Shown here in pieces: positions 1 to 8,280 of a stretch of 64,000 bases of DNA. The DNA lies in the NCBI GenBank assembly GCA_027021705.1, contig JALUTT010000077.1, positions 1 through 64,000 on the forward strand, written 5' to 3'. Position 1 is the stretch's first letter. The number at the start of each line of letters is the position of its first letter. This DNA is from Anaerolineae bacterium. GTDB taxonomy: Bacteria; Chloroflexota; Anaerolineae; S140-20. Position numbers and translations under genes: made by a program. The notes beneath the pieces were generated by a model. That model was given only the letters and a program-made list of their open reading frames with translations, did no database searches and had not been told where the DNA came from.

Positions 1-1986
1 CTGCTGACCTTCGCCGCTCCCTTCCTGGCCGCCGCCGGTCCGGACAGGGCCGGCGCCCTCGTCACCTCCCCCCTGCTGCTGACCCTGCTCATCGCCCTCA
101 GCGGGGCCGCCCTCCTGGTCGAGCTCCAGGGGGAGGCCCTCAACGCCCGGACGGTCGCCCTGCTGGGCATCTTGGTGGCCACCAACGCCGCCCTGCGCTT
201 CCTGGAGGTCAGCTTCCCCGGTCCCGGCGGCTTCAGCCCCATCTTCGCCCTGGTCATCCTGAGCGGCTTCACCTTCGGCCCCCGCTTCGGCTTCCTGATG
301 GGGGTCTTCACCCTCCTGGCCTCGGCGCTGATCACGGCCGGCATCGGCCCTTGGCTCCCCTACCAGATGCTGACGACGGGCTGGATGGGGATGAGCGCAG
401 GGCTGCTGGGGCGCTGGCTGCGCACCGTCCTCCCCTCCGGGAGTCGGGGGCAGCCCCGACGGGTGGTTATCCTGGCCCTCTTCGGCTTTGTCTGGGGGAT
501 GCTCTACGGCCTGATCACCAACCTCTGGTTCTGGCCGGCCGCCGTCGGTCCCGCCGGACAGCGATGGCAGCCGGGGATGGGGCTGCTCACCACGCTGGAG
601 CACTACGCTCTCTTCTACCTGACCACCTCGGCCTGGTGGGACCTCTTCCGGGGGCTGGGCAATGCCCTGCTCATCGGGCTGGTGGGGGCGCCGACGCTGC
701 GGGCTCTGGAGCGGTTCCGCCGCAGAGGGGGGGTGCAGGGCGGGGGGGATGAGGCAACGAGGCAACGGGGGAGGGAGAAGGCAATGAGGGATGAGGCACC
801 GAGGGGAGGGAGGAGGGCGAGGCAACGGGGCGACGAGGCACCACGGGGGTGGGGGGAGGCGGAGCAGGTCCGCCGGCCCCTGCACCCGCTGGTCTGGGTG
901 GTCTGGCTGGGGAGCGCCCTGGTGGTCGTCTCGACGACTCGGAACCCCCTCTACCTGGTCGAGCTGCTCCTGGTCGCCTTGGTCGTCTCCTTCGGGATCG
1001 AGGGGGACGCGCCGGCACCCTGGCGGCCCGGCCTGCGCTTCGGCCTCTTCCTCGTGGGCTTCAGCACCCTCTTCAACGGGCTCAGCAGCCACTTCGGGCG
1101 GACGGTTCTCCTCTCCCTGCCCTCGGGATTGCCGCTGGTGGGCGGCCCGGTGACGCTGGAGGCGCTGGTCTACGGCGCGATCAACGGCCTGGTGCTGCTG
1201 ACGATGCTGTTCCTCTTCGCCGTCTTCAACCAGGCGCTCCCGGCCCACCAGATGGTCCGGCTGGTGCCCCGCGCCTTCCACGAGGCGGGCGTTGTCCTCT
1301 CCGTAGCGATGACCTACGTGCCGGCCACCCGCCGCTCCCTTCAGCAGATTCGGGAGGCCCAGGCGGTGCGGGGGCACCAGGTCCGCTCCTGGCGCGACTG
1401 GCTTCCCCTCTGGATGCCCCTGCTGGTGAGCGGGCTGGAGCGGGCCTTCCAACTGGCCGAGGCGATGGTGGCCCGGGGCTTCGGCGCGACGGCAGACCGT
1501 GCCCTCCCCTTGGGGGTACGGGCCGGCCTCGCCGGCGGGCTGTTGGCGCTCCTGACCGGCGAAATTGTGGCCGCCTTCTACCCCTCGCTGCGAGGAGCGG
1601 CCCCGCTCTTGCTGGCGGTCGGTGTAGCCCTGTTGGGGCTCTCCCTCTGGCGGGCCGGTCGGCGGGTGCCCTACACCCCCTACCGCTCCTCCGGCTGGGG
1701 GTGGCGGGAGGGGGTGACCCTGGCCGGGGCGCTCCTCACCCTGGCCGTCGTCGTCTGGCCCGGCCTGGGGATCGCCTGCGCCGGGGAGCAGGGAGGGCTC
1801 CTCCTGGTGGGCTGCCGGGGCGCTCGCCTTTACAACCCCTACCCACGCTTCGCCCCGCCTCCTTTCGACCCCCTCGCCGGACTGGCCCTCCTGGGGCTGC
1901 TGGTGCCGACCCTCGCCTCCCCCCGGTCGCCCAGGGCGGGTGCGGTGGAGAGCGCGGAGGGCACGGAGCCCATCGGGGGTCCCTGA
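1..1986 (+). CDS. ECF transporter substrate-binding (S) component fused in frame to an EcfT/CbiQ transmembrane (T) component; 5' end lies outside the window
   Basis: Frame is open from base 1. S-component-like motifs (GPRFGFLMG, GIGPWLPYQML, WDLFRGLGN) are followed by a repetitive linker and an EcfT-like region (IREAQAVRG, LAEAMVARGF). The stop overlaps the ATG of the ATPase gene. Confidence 0.75.
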   Translation: MLTFAAPFLAAAGPDRAGALVTSPLLLTLLIALSGAALLVELQGEALNARTVALLGILVATNAALRFLEVSFPGPGGFSPIFALVILSGFTFGPRFGFLMGVFTLLASALITAGIGPWLPYQMLTTGWMGMSAGLLGRWLRTVLPSGSRGQPRRVVILALFGFVWGMLYGLITNLWFWPAAVGPAGQRWQPGMGLLTTLEHYALFYLTTSAWWDLFRGLGNALLIGLVGAPTLRALERFRRRGGVQGGGDEATRQRGREKAMRDEAPRGGRRARQRGDEAPRGWGEAEQVRRPLHPLVWVVWLGSALVVVSTTRNPLYLVELLLVALVVSFGIEGDAPAPWRPGLRFGLFLVGFSTLFNGLSSHFGRTVLLSLPSGLPLVGGPVTLEALVYGAINGLVLLTMLFLFAVFNQALPAHQMVRLVPRAFHEAGVVLSVAMTYVPATRRSLQQIREAQAVRGHQVRSWRDWLPLWMPLLVSGLERAFQLAEAMVARGFGATADRALPLGVRAGLAGGLLALLTGEIVAAFYPSLRGAAPLLLAVGVALLGLSLWRAGRRVPYTPYRSSGWGWREGVTLAGALLTLAVVVWPGLGIACAGEQGGLLLVGCRGARLYNPYPRFAPPPFDPLAGLALLGLLVPTLASPRSPRAGAVESAEGTEPIGGP

Positions 1987-3605
1987 TGGCCGCTCCCCTC
2001 ATCCGCTTCGACCGCTTCACCTTCACCTACCCCGGGGCCGAGGGGCCGGTGCTGACCGACGTCAGCCTGGAGGTGGCCGAGGGAGCCTTCGTCCTCGTCA
2101 CCGGCCCCTCGGGGGCCGGCAAGTCCACACTGCTGCGGGTCCTCAACGGGCTGGTGCCCCACTTCACCGGCGGGCGGGCCGAGGGGCGCGTCCGGGTGGC
2201 CGGCCACGATCCCCTGGACGAAGGCCCCGCCCGCCTCAGCCGCGTCGTCGGCTTCGTCTTCCAGGACCCCGAGGCCCAGTTCGTGGTGGACCGGGTGGAG
2301 GACGAGGTCGCCTTCGCCCTGGAGAACGCCGGGCTGCCGAGGGGGGTGATGCAGGCGCGGGTGGAGGAGGCGCTGGCCCTGATGGGGCTGACCCCTCTGC
2401 GCCATCGCCCCCTGGAGCGCCTCTCCGGCGGCGAGATGCAGCGGGTGGCCGTCGCTTCGGCCCTCGCCCTGCGCCCCCGCCTCCTGGTGTTGGACGAACC
2501 CACCAGCCAGTTGGACCCGCAGTCGGCCCAGGAGCTCCTGAGCGCTCTCGTCCGCCTGAACCGGGAGATGGGGCTGACGGTGGTCCTCAGCGAGCACCGG
2601 CTGGAACGGGTGGTGGCCTACGCCGATCAACTCGTCTACCTGGAGGGGGCGGGGTGTCCTCCCCTCAGCGGACCGCCTCGGCAGGTGCTGGCCCAGGTCC
2701 CCTTGGTCCCGCCGGTGGTGGCCCTGGGGCGGGCGCTGGGCTGGCAGCCCCTCCCCCTCACGGTGGAGGAAGCCCGCCCCTTCGCCGCCCACCTGTGCTC
2801 TTCGTCCTCCGAGGCCACGACCTCCCGCCCGGTCAGGAAGGCCGCCGGCGCGGAGGCGGTGCTCCGGGTGCAGGACCTCCACGTCGCCTACGGGGATCGG
2901 CCGGTGCTCCAGGGGGTGGACCTGGAGGTGCGGGAAGGGGAGGTTGTAGCGCTGATGGGGCGCAACGGCGCGGGGAAGACGACGCTGCTGCGGACCGTCG
3001 TCGGCCTGGTCCGTCCCCGGCGGGGGGAGGTGAAGGTGCGGGGGCGATCGGTGATCGGGCGGCCTGTGGCCCAGGTCTGCCGGGAGGTGGGCTACCTGCC
3101 CCAGAACCCCAACGCCCTCCTCTTCGCCGACACGGTGCGGGAGGAGCTGACCGTCACGCTGCGCAACCACGGGCTCTTGGAGCAGCCTCCCATCCCCCCC
3201 GACGCGCTGCTGGCCCGGCTGGGGCTGGCCGAGATGGCCGATGCCTACCCCCGCGACCTGAGCGTCGGGCAGCGGCAGCGGGTGGCCCTGGCCGCCATCA
3301 CCGTCACCCGTCCGCCCCTCCTCCTCCTCGATGAGCCGACCCGGGGGCTGGACTACCAGGCCAAGGAGACGCTGACCCGGCTCCTGCAGGGGTGGCGCGC
3401 CGAGGGGGTGGGGGTGCTCCTGGCGACCCACGATGTGGAACTGGTGGCCCGGCTGGCCGACCGGGTGGTGCTTCTGGAGGCGGGCAAGGTCCGCGCCGAG
3501 GGGCCGCCGGCCCGGGTCCTTGACCCTTCATCCCCCTTTGCCCCCCAGATCATCCGGCTCTTCCCCGGCCGCGGTTGGCTGACGCCGGAGGAGGTGCGTC
3601 CGTAG
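1986..3605 (+). CDS. ECF/ABC transporter ATPase with two tandem nucleotide-binding domains
   Basis: Two Walker A motifs (GPSGAGKST, GRNGAGKTT), FQDPE/PQNP Q-loops, LSGG/LSVG signatures and two LLDEP-type Walker B motifs. The ATG at 1986 overlaps the upstream TGA. Confidence 0.92.
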   Translation: MAAPLIRFDRFTFTYPGAEGPVLTDVSLEVAEGAFVLVTGPSGAGKSTLLRVLNGLVPHFTGGRAEGRVRVAGHDPLDEGPARLSRVVGFVFQDPEAQFVVDRVEDEVAFALENAGLPRGVMQARVEEALALMGLTPLRHRPLERLSGGEMQRVAVASALALRPRLLVLDEPTSQLDPQSAQELLSALVRLNREMGLTVVLSEHRLERVVAYADQLVYLEGAGCPPLSGPPRQVLAQVPLVPPVVALGRALGWQPLPLTVEEARPFAAHLCSSSSEATTSRPVRKAAGAEAVLRVQDLHVAYGDRPVLQGVDLEVREGEVVALMGRNGAGKTTLLRTVVGLVRPRRGEVKVRGRSVIGRPVAQVCREVGYLPQNPNALLFADTVREELTVTLRNHGLLEQPPIPPDALLARLGLAEMADAYPRDLSVGQRQRVALAAITVTRPPLLLLDEPTRGLDYQAKETLTRLLQGWRAEGVGVLLATHDVELVARLADRVVLLEAGKVRAEGPPARVLDPSSPFAPQIIRLFPGRGWLTPEEVRP

Positions 3606-6507
3606 CTGAAAGCGCCCTCGACCGGTGACCTGCGGGAGGGTAGGCTGATAGATACCCAAGGACGTAGTTGGGCTGGACGTACTCAACGGCCGGATCGGCG
3701 GCCAGCTTCTGGAGGAAGAGGAGTTCCTGACCTTCCGGCACCGCCACCAGCAGGTCTCCGCCGTAGCTCCAGCGGAGCGGGCGGATGCCGTGCTTCCAGA
3801 GGAGGTCCAAGAGGGCGGCGCTGCTGAGGCCCGACCAGGGGCGCAGGATGAGTTGGCCGGGCACATACTCTGCCTTGGGTTGGAGAGGTGTAGACCCTCG
3901 GGAGGGAGACGCGGCTTCAGCCCCCCAGGTTGTGGTCCCCAGGCAGAGGGGGCTGCTCCCTTGAGCTCCGTTGAGGAGGGCTGCGTAGGCGTCTATCCGG
4001 CCACAGCCGTAGTAGGAGTCCCAGCCCGGATCCCCCCGGTCCACGGCGTTGTCCAGGATGGCGGAGGCCACTTGATCGGGTGTGTAGCCGGGATTGGCGG
4101 CGTAGAGGAGGGCGGCCAGGCCCGACACCAGCGGCGTTGCCATCGAGGTCCCCTGCATGTAGACGTACCCTCCCCCCTTCGCTGTGCTCAGGATGGTCTC
4201 CCCGGGCGCGGCGACGCTGACGTAGCTGCCGTAGTTGGAGAAGGTGGAGACGAGGTCTCCCTGGCCGGTGGAGGCGACACCTAGGGTGTACCGGCAGGTG
4301 GCCGGGGCGACCAGGTGGCTGGAGCCTTCGTTGCCCGCCGCGGCGACCAGCAGCACTCCCTTGCTGTGGGCGTAGTCTACAGCCGCCTGCAGTGCCGGCG
4401 TGTCTACAAGGCAGTTGATGTCGCCGCTCTGGTTCCCCAGACTCATGTTGATCACCTGAGCGCCCTGATCGGCGGCGTAGCGGATGGCCTCGGCCAGGTC
4501 GGCGATGGTGCCGCTTCCGTTGGCATCCATCACCTTGAGGGGCAGGATGGTGGCCCTCCAGCCCATCCCTGCCACGCCGATCCCGTTGTCGGTGGCGGCG
4601 GCGGCGATCCCCGCCACGTGCGTCCCGTGGCCGTGATCGTCGTCGGGGTCACCGTCGGCGTTGATCCAGTCCCAGCCGTGCACGTCGTCCACGTAGCCGT
4701 TCCCGTCGTCGTCCTGCCCGTTGCCGGGGATCTCGTTGGGGTTGGTCCAGAGCTTGTCCATCAGGTCGGGGTGGTCCAGGTCCACGCCGGTGTCCAGCAC
4801 AGCGATCAGGGCACCGTCCCCTTTGGAGAGCCTCCAGGCGAGGGGGGCTTGTACTTTCGTCATCGCCCACTGGTCACCAAAGTAGACGTCGTTGGGTGTA
4901 GTGGAGGAGATGGTGGTGGTGAAGTGCCAAGTGTAAGGAGGGCCCATCGGCGTTCCCTCGGCGTCGGCCACGTCGCCATCCACGGTGGCCGTGTAGGGGG
5001 TCTCGTAGGCCAGCGCCGTCGCCGGCGTCAGCGTCCAGGTGTAGGAGATGGGATCGTAGCCGAGGGTGCCGGAGATGGGCGTTCCATCAGGGCCGACCAA
5101 GGTGAAGCGGGCGTCCAGGAGGGTTGCCGGATCCATCGCCTCGCTGAAGGTGACGACCAGGGTGGTCCCGACGGAGATGTCGCTGGCCTGGTCTGTCGGA
5201 AGGGTGCCCACGACCTGGGGGGGGGTCGGCGGCGTGTAGTTACGGAGGGCCACGGGGAGGTAGACCCGCTTCAGTTGGTCGGCCACTTTCAGCGTGACCG
5301 AGATCGTCTGAGGGCTGTTCTCAACGCCCGGGGTGGTGCTGGTGATGGTGAGGGAGGCGCTGTAGACCCCGCTGATCGCCGTGAGCCCGCCCGAGGTGGT
5401 CACCCAGAGGGTGACCCGATCCCCTTGGGTGCCGGAGAGGGGGGTGGCGTGGAGCCAAGGGGTGTTGACCCAGGCCTGCCAGTTCAGCGTTGCTCCTCCG
5501 GCGTTCTCCACTTGCACTTGATGGGTCAAGGGCAGCGTGGTGGTCATCCCCACCTCGGTGAGGAAGGTGAGGCTGGAGGGGGTGACGCTGAGGATGGGTG
5601 GTGCTTCCTCCAGGACGATGGTGTCGTAGCTGGTGTAGGTGGTATCCCCGTTGCGGATCTGGACCCAGACCTGCTTCTCGCCGTTGCCGGCCGGCAGTGT
5701 CCACGTCTTCTGGGCGGTGAAGGGCTCCCAATCGGTCCAGGTGGTGCCGTCGTCGCTGAAGCGCATCTGGGTGGCCCAGCCCTCCCCGTAGATGTAGAGC
5801 TGGACGACGCGGCGGGTTGTCGAGTAGGCCTCGCCGTTGATGATGAGGGGGTAGACACCTTGACGGGTTCCGAAGTCCTGAGTCCAGTAGTGGCCCCAGC
5901 TCCCACCGGCGTAGTACCCTACCCCGATCTCCCGGAAGGTGGTGCTCAGGATGTTGCGTCGGTGGGCATCGCTCCCCATCCATCCCGCCATCACGCTCTC
6001 CGGGGTGGTGTAGCCGACGGCGATGTTCTCCCCCAAGCTGGTCCAGCCTGAGTAGTAGCTGCCGATCCGCTCATACCAGTAGCGCTCGAAGACGAGCTGG
6101 CCGTTGACCCGGTTGTAGCTGTCGTGATCGAAGTAGTCGTCCACAGCCATGTCCTGGCTGTGGTAGGCGGCGGCAGCGGCCAGTTCGTCGGCTTGTCGCA
6201 AGGGAGGCAGCCCCTGCTCTTGACGAGCCTGGTTGACCAGTTCGACGACCCGCTGCTTGTAGGAGACGCCGGAGGCCACCTTCGGGCGGGGGTGGGGTAG
6301 CGACGGGAGAGGAGGGAGGCCCATCGCCCCGACGGCCGGCGCCGGTGTGGCCGGCGGCCGATGGAGCAGCGAGACAGGGTCGCCGACGGTCTGGTTGGCG
6401 GGCGTGGGGGTTGGCGACGGTGGGGAGGCGACGGCGAGGGAACTTCCCAGGACCAGGACCACGCCCAGTAGCAACAATCCACCGAGAGGCCAGCGTTGGG
6501 ATCTCAT
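3550..6507 (-). CDS. Secreted multidomain S8 subtilase: signal peptide, CAP/SCP domain, BACON-like and Ig-like (Big_5-like) domains, S8 catalytic domain, C-terminal prodomain-like module
   Basis: Catalytic motifs AVLDTG, HGTHVAG, AAGN and GTSMA. CAP motifs VNQAR..GLPPL, GENIA, HRRNIL and YWTQDF. Hydrophobic N-terminus after the ATG at 6507. The last ~35 codons derive from the MITE-B fragment and the overlap with the ATPase gene. Confidence 0.9.
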   Translation of the reverse strand: MRSQRWPLGGLLLLGVVLVLGSSLAVASPPSPTPTPANQTVGDPVSLLHRPPATPAPAVGAMGLPPLPSLPHPRPKVASGVSYKQRVVELVNQARQEQGLPPLRQADELAAAAAYHSQDMAVDDYFDHDSYNRVNGQLVFERYWYERIGSYYSGWTSLGENIAVGYTTPESVMAGWMGSDAHRRNILSTTFREIGVGYYAGGSWGHYWTQDFGTRQGVYPLIINGEAYSTTRRVVQLYIYGEGWATQMRFSDDGTTWTDWEPFTAQKTWTLPAGNGEKQVWVQIRNGDTTYTSYDTIVLEEAPPILSVTPSSLTFLTEVGMTTTLPLTHQVQVENAGGATLNWQAWVNTPWLHATPLSGTQGDRVTLWVTTSGGLTAISGVYSASLTITSTTPGVENSPQTISVTLKVADQLKRVYLPVALRNYTPPTPPQVVGTLPTDQASDISVGTTLVVTFSEAMDPATLLDARFTLVGPDGTPISGTLGYDPISYTWTLTPATALAYETPYTATVDGDVADAEGTPMGPPYTWHFTTTISSTTPNDVYFGDQWAMTKVQAPLAWRLSKGDGALIAVLDTGVDLDHPDLMDKLWTNPNEIPGNGQDDDGNGYVDDVHGWDWINADGDPDDDHGHGTHVAGIAAAATDNGIGVAGMGWRATILPLKVMDANGSGTIADLAEAIRYAADQGAQVINMSLGNQSGDINCLVDTPALQAAVDYAHSKGVLLVAAAGNEGSSHLVAPATCRYTLGVASTGQGDLVSTFSNYGSYVSVAAPGETILSTAKGGGYVYMQGTSMATPLVSGLAALLYAANPGYTPDQVASAILDNAVDRGDPGWDSYYGCGRIDAYAALLNGAQGSSPLCLGTTTWGAEAASPSRGSTPLQPKAEYVPGQLILRPWSGLSSAALLDLLWKHGIRPLRWSYGGDLLVAVPEGQELLFLQKLAADPAVEYVQPNYVLGYLSAYPPAGHRSRALSATDAPPPASANRGRGRAG
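3605..3655 (-). mobile_element. Truncated copy (left ~50 bp) of MITE family B
   Basis: The reverse complement GTATCTATCAGCCTACCCTCCCGCAGGTCACCGGTCGAGGGCGCTTTCAGC matches the left end of the copies at 19822, 49080 and 55434. Confidence 0.8.
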
Positions 6508-6613
6508 CGCGATCACGTCTCTCAGAACTTCGTTGGGTTGCATAGTTGTCGGGTCGGGTGGCCTTTGGATTTTGGCCGTCCGATCGGGTGGAGCCATCGC
6601 GCTCCACCCTGTT

Positions 6614-6642
6614 ATTGTACTGTTGCTCCGGTTTGGAGCCAA
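6614..6642 (-). promoter_or_regulatory. Sigma70-type promoter for the subtilase gene
   Basis: TTGGCT-17bp-TACAAT on the minus strand, about 105 bp upstream of the ATG at 6507. Confidence 0.5.
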
Positions 6643-6750
6643 TGAGAAGAAAGTCCCGATTGTCCCTTGGTGTGCTTGTCCTGCCTCTCAGCGCTCTCCC
6701 TGGACTCGCGATCCGACAGACGGGAGCGCCGGCCGGGCCTGTTCCGTTCC

Positions 6751-8280
6751 TCAAGGTCCCTTCAGTACGAGGGGCAGGTGGACGGGGTAGAGGCGCGGGG
6801 TGGCGTGTAGGGTGAGCGTCACCGACTGAGGCGTGCCCAGGGTGTCGGTGGGCCAGGCACTCAACCGGATGACGCTGGTGTAGAGGCCGGCCCGGGTGAT
6901 GGGATAGCTGTCCACCGTCAGCGTGAGCCGATCTCCTGCCCGGCCCCGGGTGACCCACAGTGTCGGGGCGATCCCCGGCGGGGCCAGCGTCCCGCCGGCG
7001 ACAAAGGGCGAGACGGTGGCCGTCCAGGTGAAGGTACGGTAGCCTTGGTTCCAGACTTTCAGGGTGCGGGTGAAACGCTGGGGCCGGTCCAGGCCCGCCA
7101 GCAGGACCAGGCGGGAGGGTTGCACCGCCAGCCGAGGGCCGAAGGGTCCCGGGCGCTTCTCCATCTGGGCCAGCGCCTCGTAGGCGGGGCTTGGCGAACC
7201 ATCCTGCCGTAGGAGGGAGAACCAGCGGATGGAATCGCAAGGACCGTGCCCTTGGTCGTGCCAGTCCAGGTTCCAGACGAAGAGAGCGCCCATCCAGGGC
7301 CAGTGGGCGTCGGCCCATTGGAAGGCCCGCACCAGGTAGTCGGCCTGTTCCTCCGGCGAGACGAGCATCCAGCCGAAGGCGTCGTGGTCAGGCGTGCCCT
7401 CGCACCAGAAGATGCTCTCGGAGCGGGGGTCTCGCGCCCAGCCGAATTCGGTGGCCCAGATGGGCTTTCCCTCCAGACCGTGGGCTTCCATAATGGCTCG
7501 AATCGCCTCCACACCCCGGAAGGCGAAGCCGTTACCCTGATCGTCAGGGGGGAGTTGGTCCAGGGCGGTCTCCGGCGGATAGGCGAAGCCGAAAGGGTGG
7601 TAGCCGAGGACGTCGAAGCAGTCGCCGGCCCCCAGTTGGAAGAGCCAGCGGGCGTACTCCCGTTCGTCCATCACCTGGCCGTTGTGTCCCGTGTAGGTGT
7701 TTCCTCCGTAACCGACGTAGGTCCCTTCGATCCGTCCCACCGGTCCCAGTCCCCCGCTGACCACGATGGCCCCGGGATCCACGGCTTTGATCGCCTCGTA
7801 GGCCGTGCAGAGGGCCTGGACGAACTGGGCGGGATCCGGGGGGCGGTTGCCCCACTGCCAGGCCATGTTGGGCTCGTTGCCGATCTCGTAGGCCTCCACC
7901 AGCCCGCGACCTTCCATAGCGATCTCCCTCACCTCCTGCCGCCATTGGTCTAGGTCCAGGAAATCCCCTTCCGAGGAGATCCGCTCGTGCAGGTCTATGC
8001 GGAAGAGGACCTGGTAGGGAAGCCGGGTGGTCGGCATCGCGCCATAGCGTTCGTAGAGCTTGACCCACCGGAAGCCCAGCGGGGCAACCAGGCTCTCCAG
8101 GTGGTCGGGATCACGCACATTGATGCCGTATCCCAGGTGGGCGGGGGGAAGGGTGGGGGCGTCCCGGCCTGCTGCGGAGGGGGCTTGAGCAGAGCGGGCG
8201 GCCACCTGGGTGAGCAGCAAGAGCGCGAAGGCCAGCAATGGGGACAGCCCCAGGAGAGGGCGAGAGGGGTGGACAACCAT
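6751..8280 (-). CDS. Secreted clan GH-A glycoside hydrolase (GH5/GH39-like) with a C-terminal beta-rich domain and LPLV tail
   Basis: Signal peptide, YEIGNEPN acid/base motif, GYHP, IWATEFGW nucleophile motif; ends VHLPLVLKGP. Confidence 0.82.
   Translation of the reverse strand: MVVHPSRPLLGLSPLLAFALLLLTQVAARSAQAPSAAGRDAPTLPPAHLGYGINVRDPDHLESLVAPLGFRWVKLYERYGAMPTTRLPYQVLFRIDLHERISSEGDFLDLDQWRQEVREIAMEGRGLVEAYEIGNEPNMAWQWGNRPPDPAQFVQALCTAYEAIKAVDPGAIVVSGGLGPVGRIEGTYVGYGGNTYTGHNGQVMDEREYARWLFQLGAGDCFDVLGYHPFGFAYPPETALDQLPPDDQGNGFAFRGVEAIRAIMEAHGLEGKPIWATEFGWARDPRSESIFWCEGTPDHDAFGWMLVSPEEQADYLVRAFQWADAHWPWMGALFVWNLDWHDQGHGPCDSIRWFSLLRQDGSPSPAYEALAQMEKRPGPFGPRLAVQPSRLVLLAGLDRPQRFTRTLKVWNQGYRTFTWTATVSPFVAGGTLAPPGIAPTLWVTRGRAGDRLTLTVDSYPITRAGLYTSVIRLSAWPTDTLGTPQSVTLTLHATPRLYPVHLPLVLKGP

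Noticed and set aside
1..171. Riboswitch specifying the ECF substrate (for example cobalamin)
   Set aside because: This region is coding and the operon leader lies outside the window, so the substrate cannot be assigned.
849..1985. N-terminal 380-aa extension of the ATPase ORF (849..3605)
   Set aside because: Off-frame read of the EcfT region with G/P/R-rich composition; the real start is the ATG at 1986 coupled to the upstream stop.
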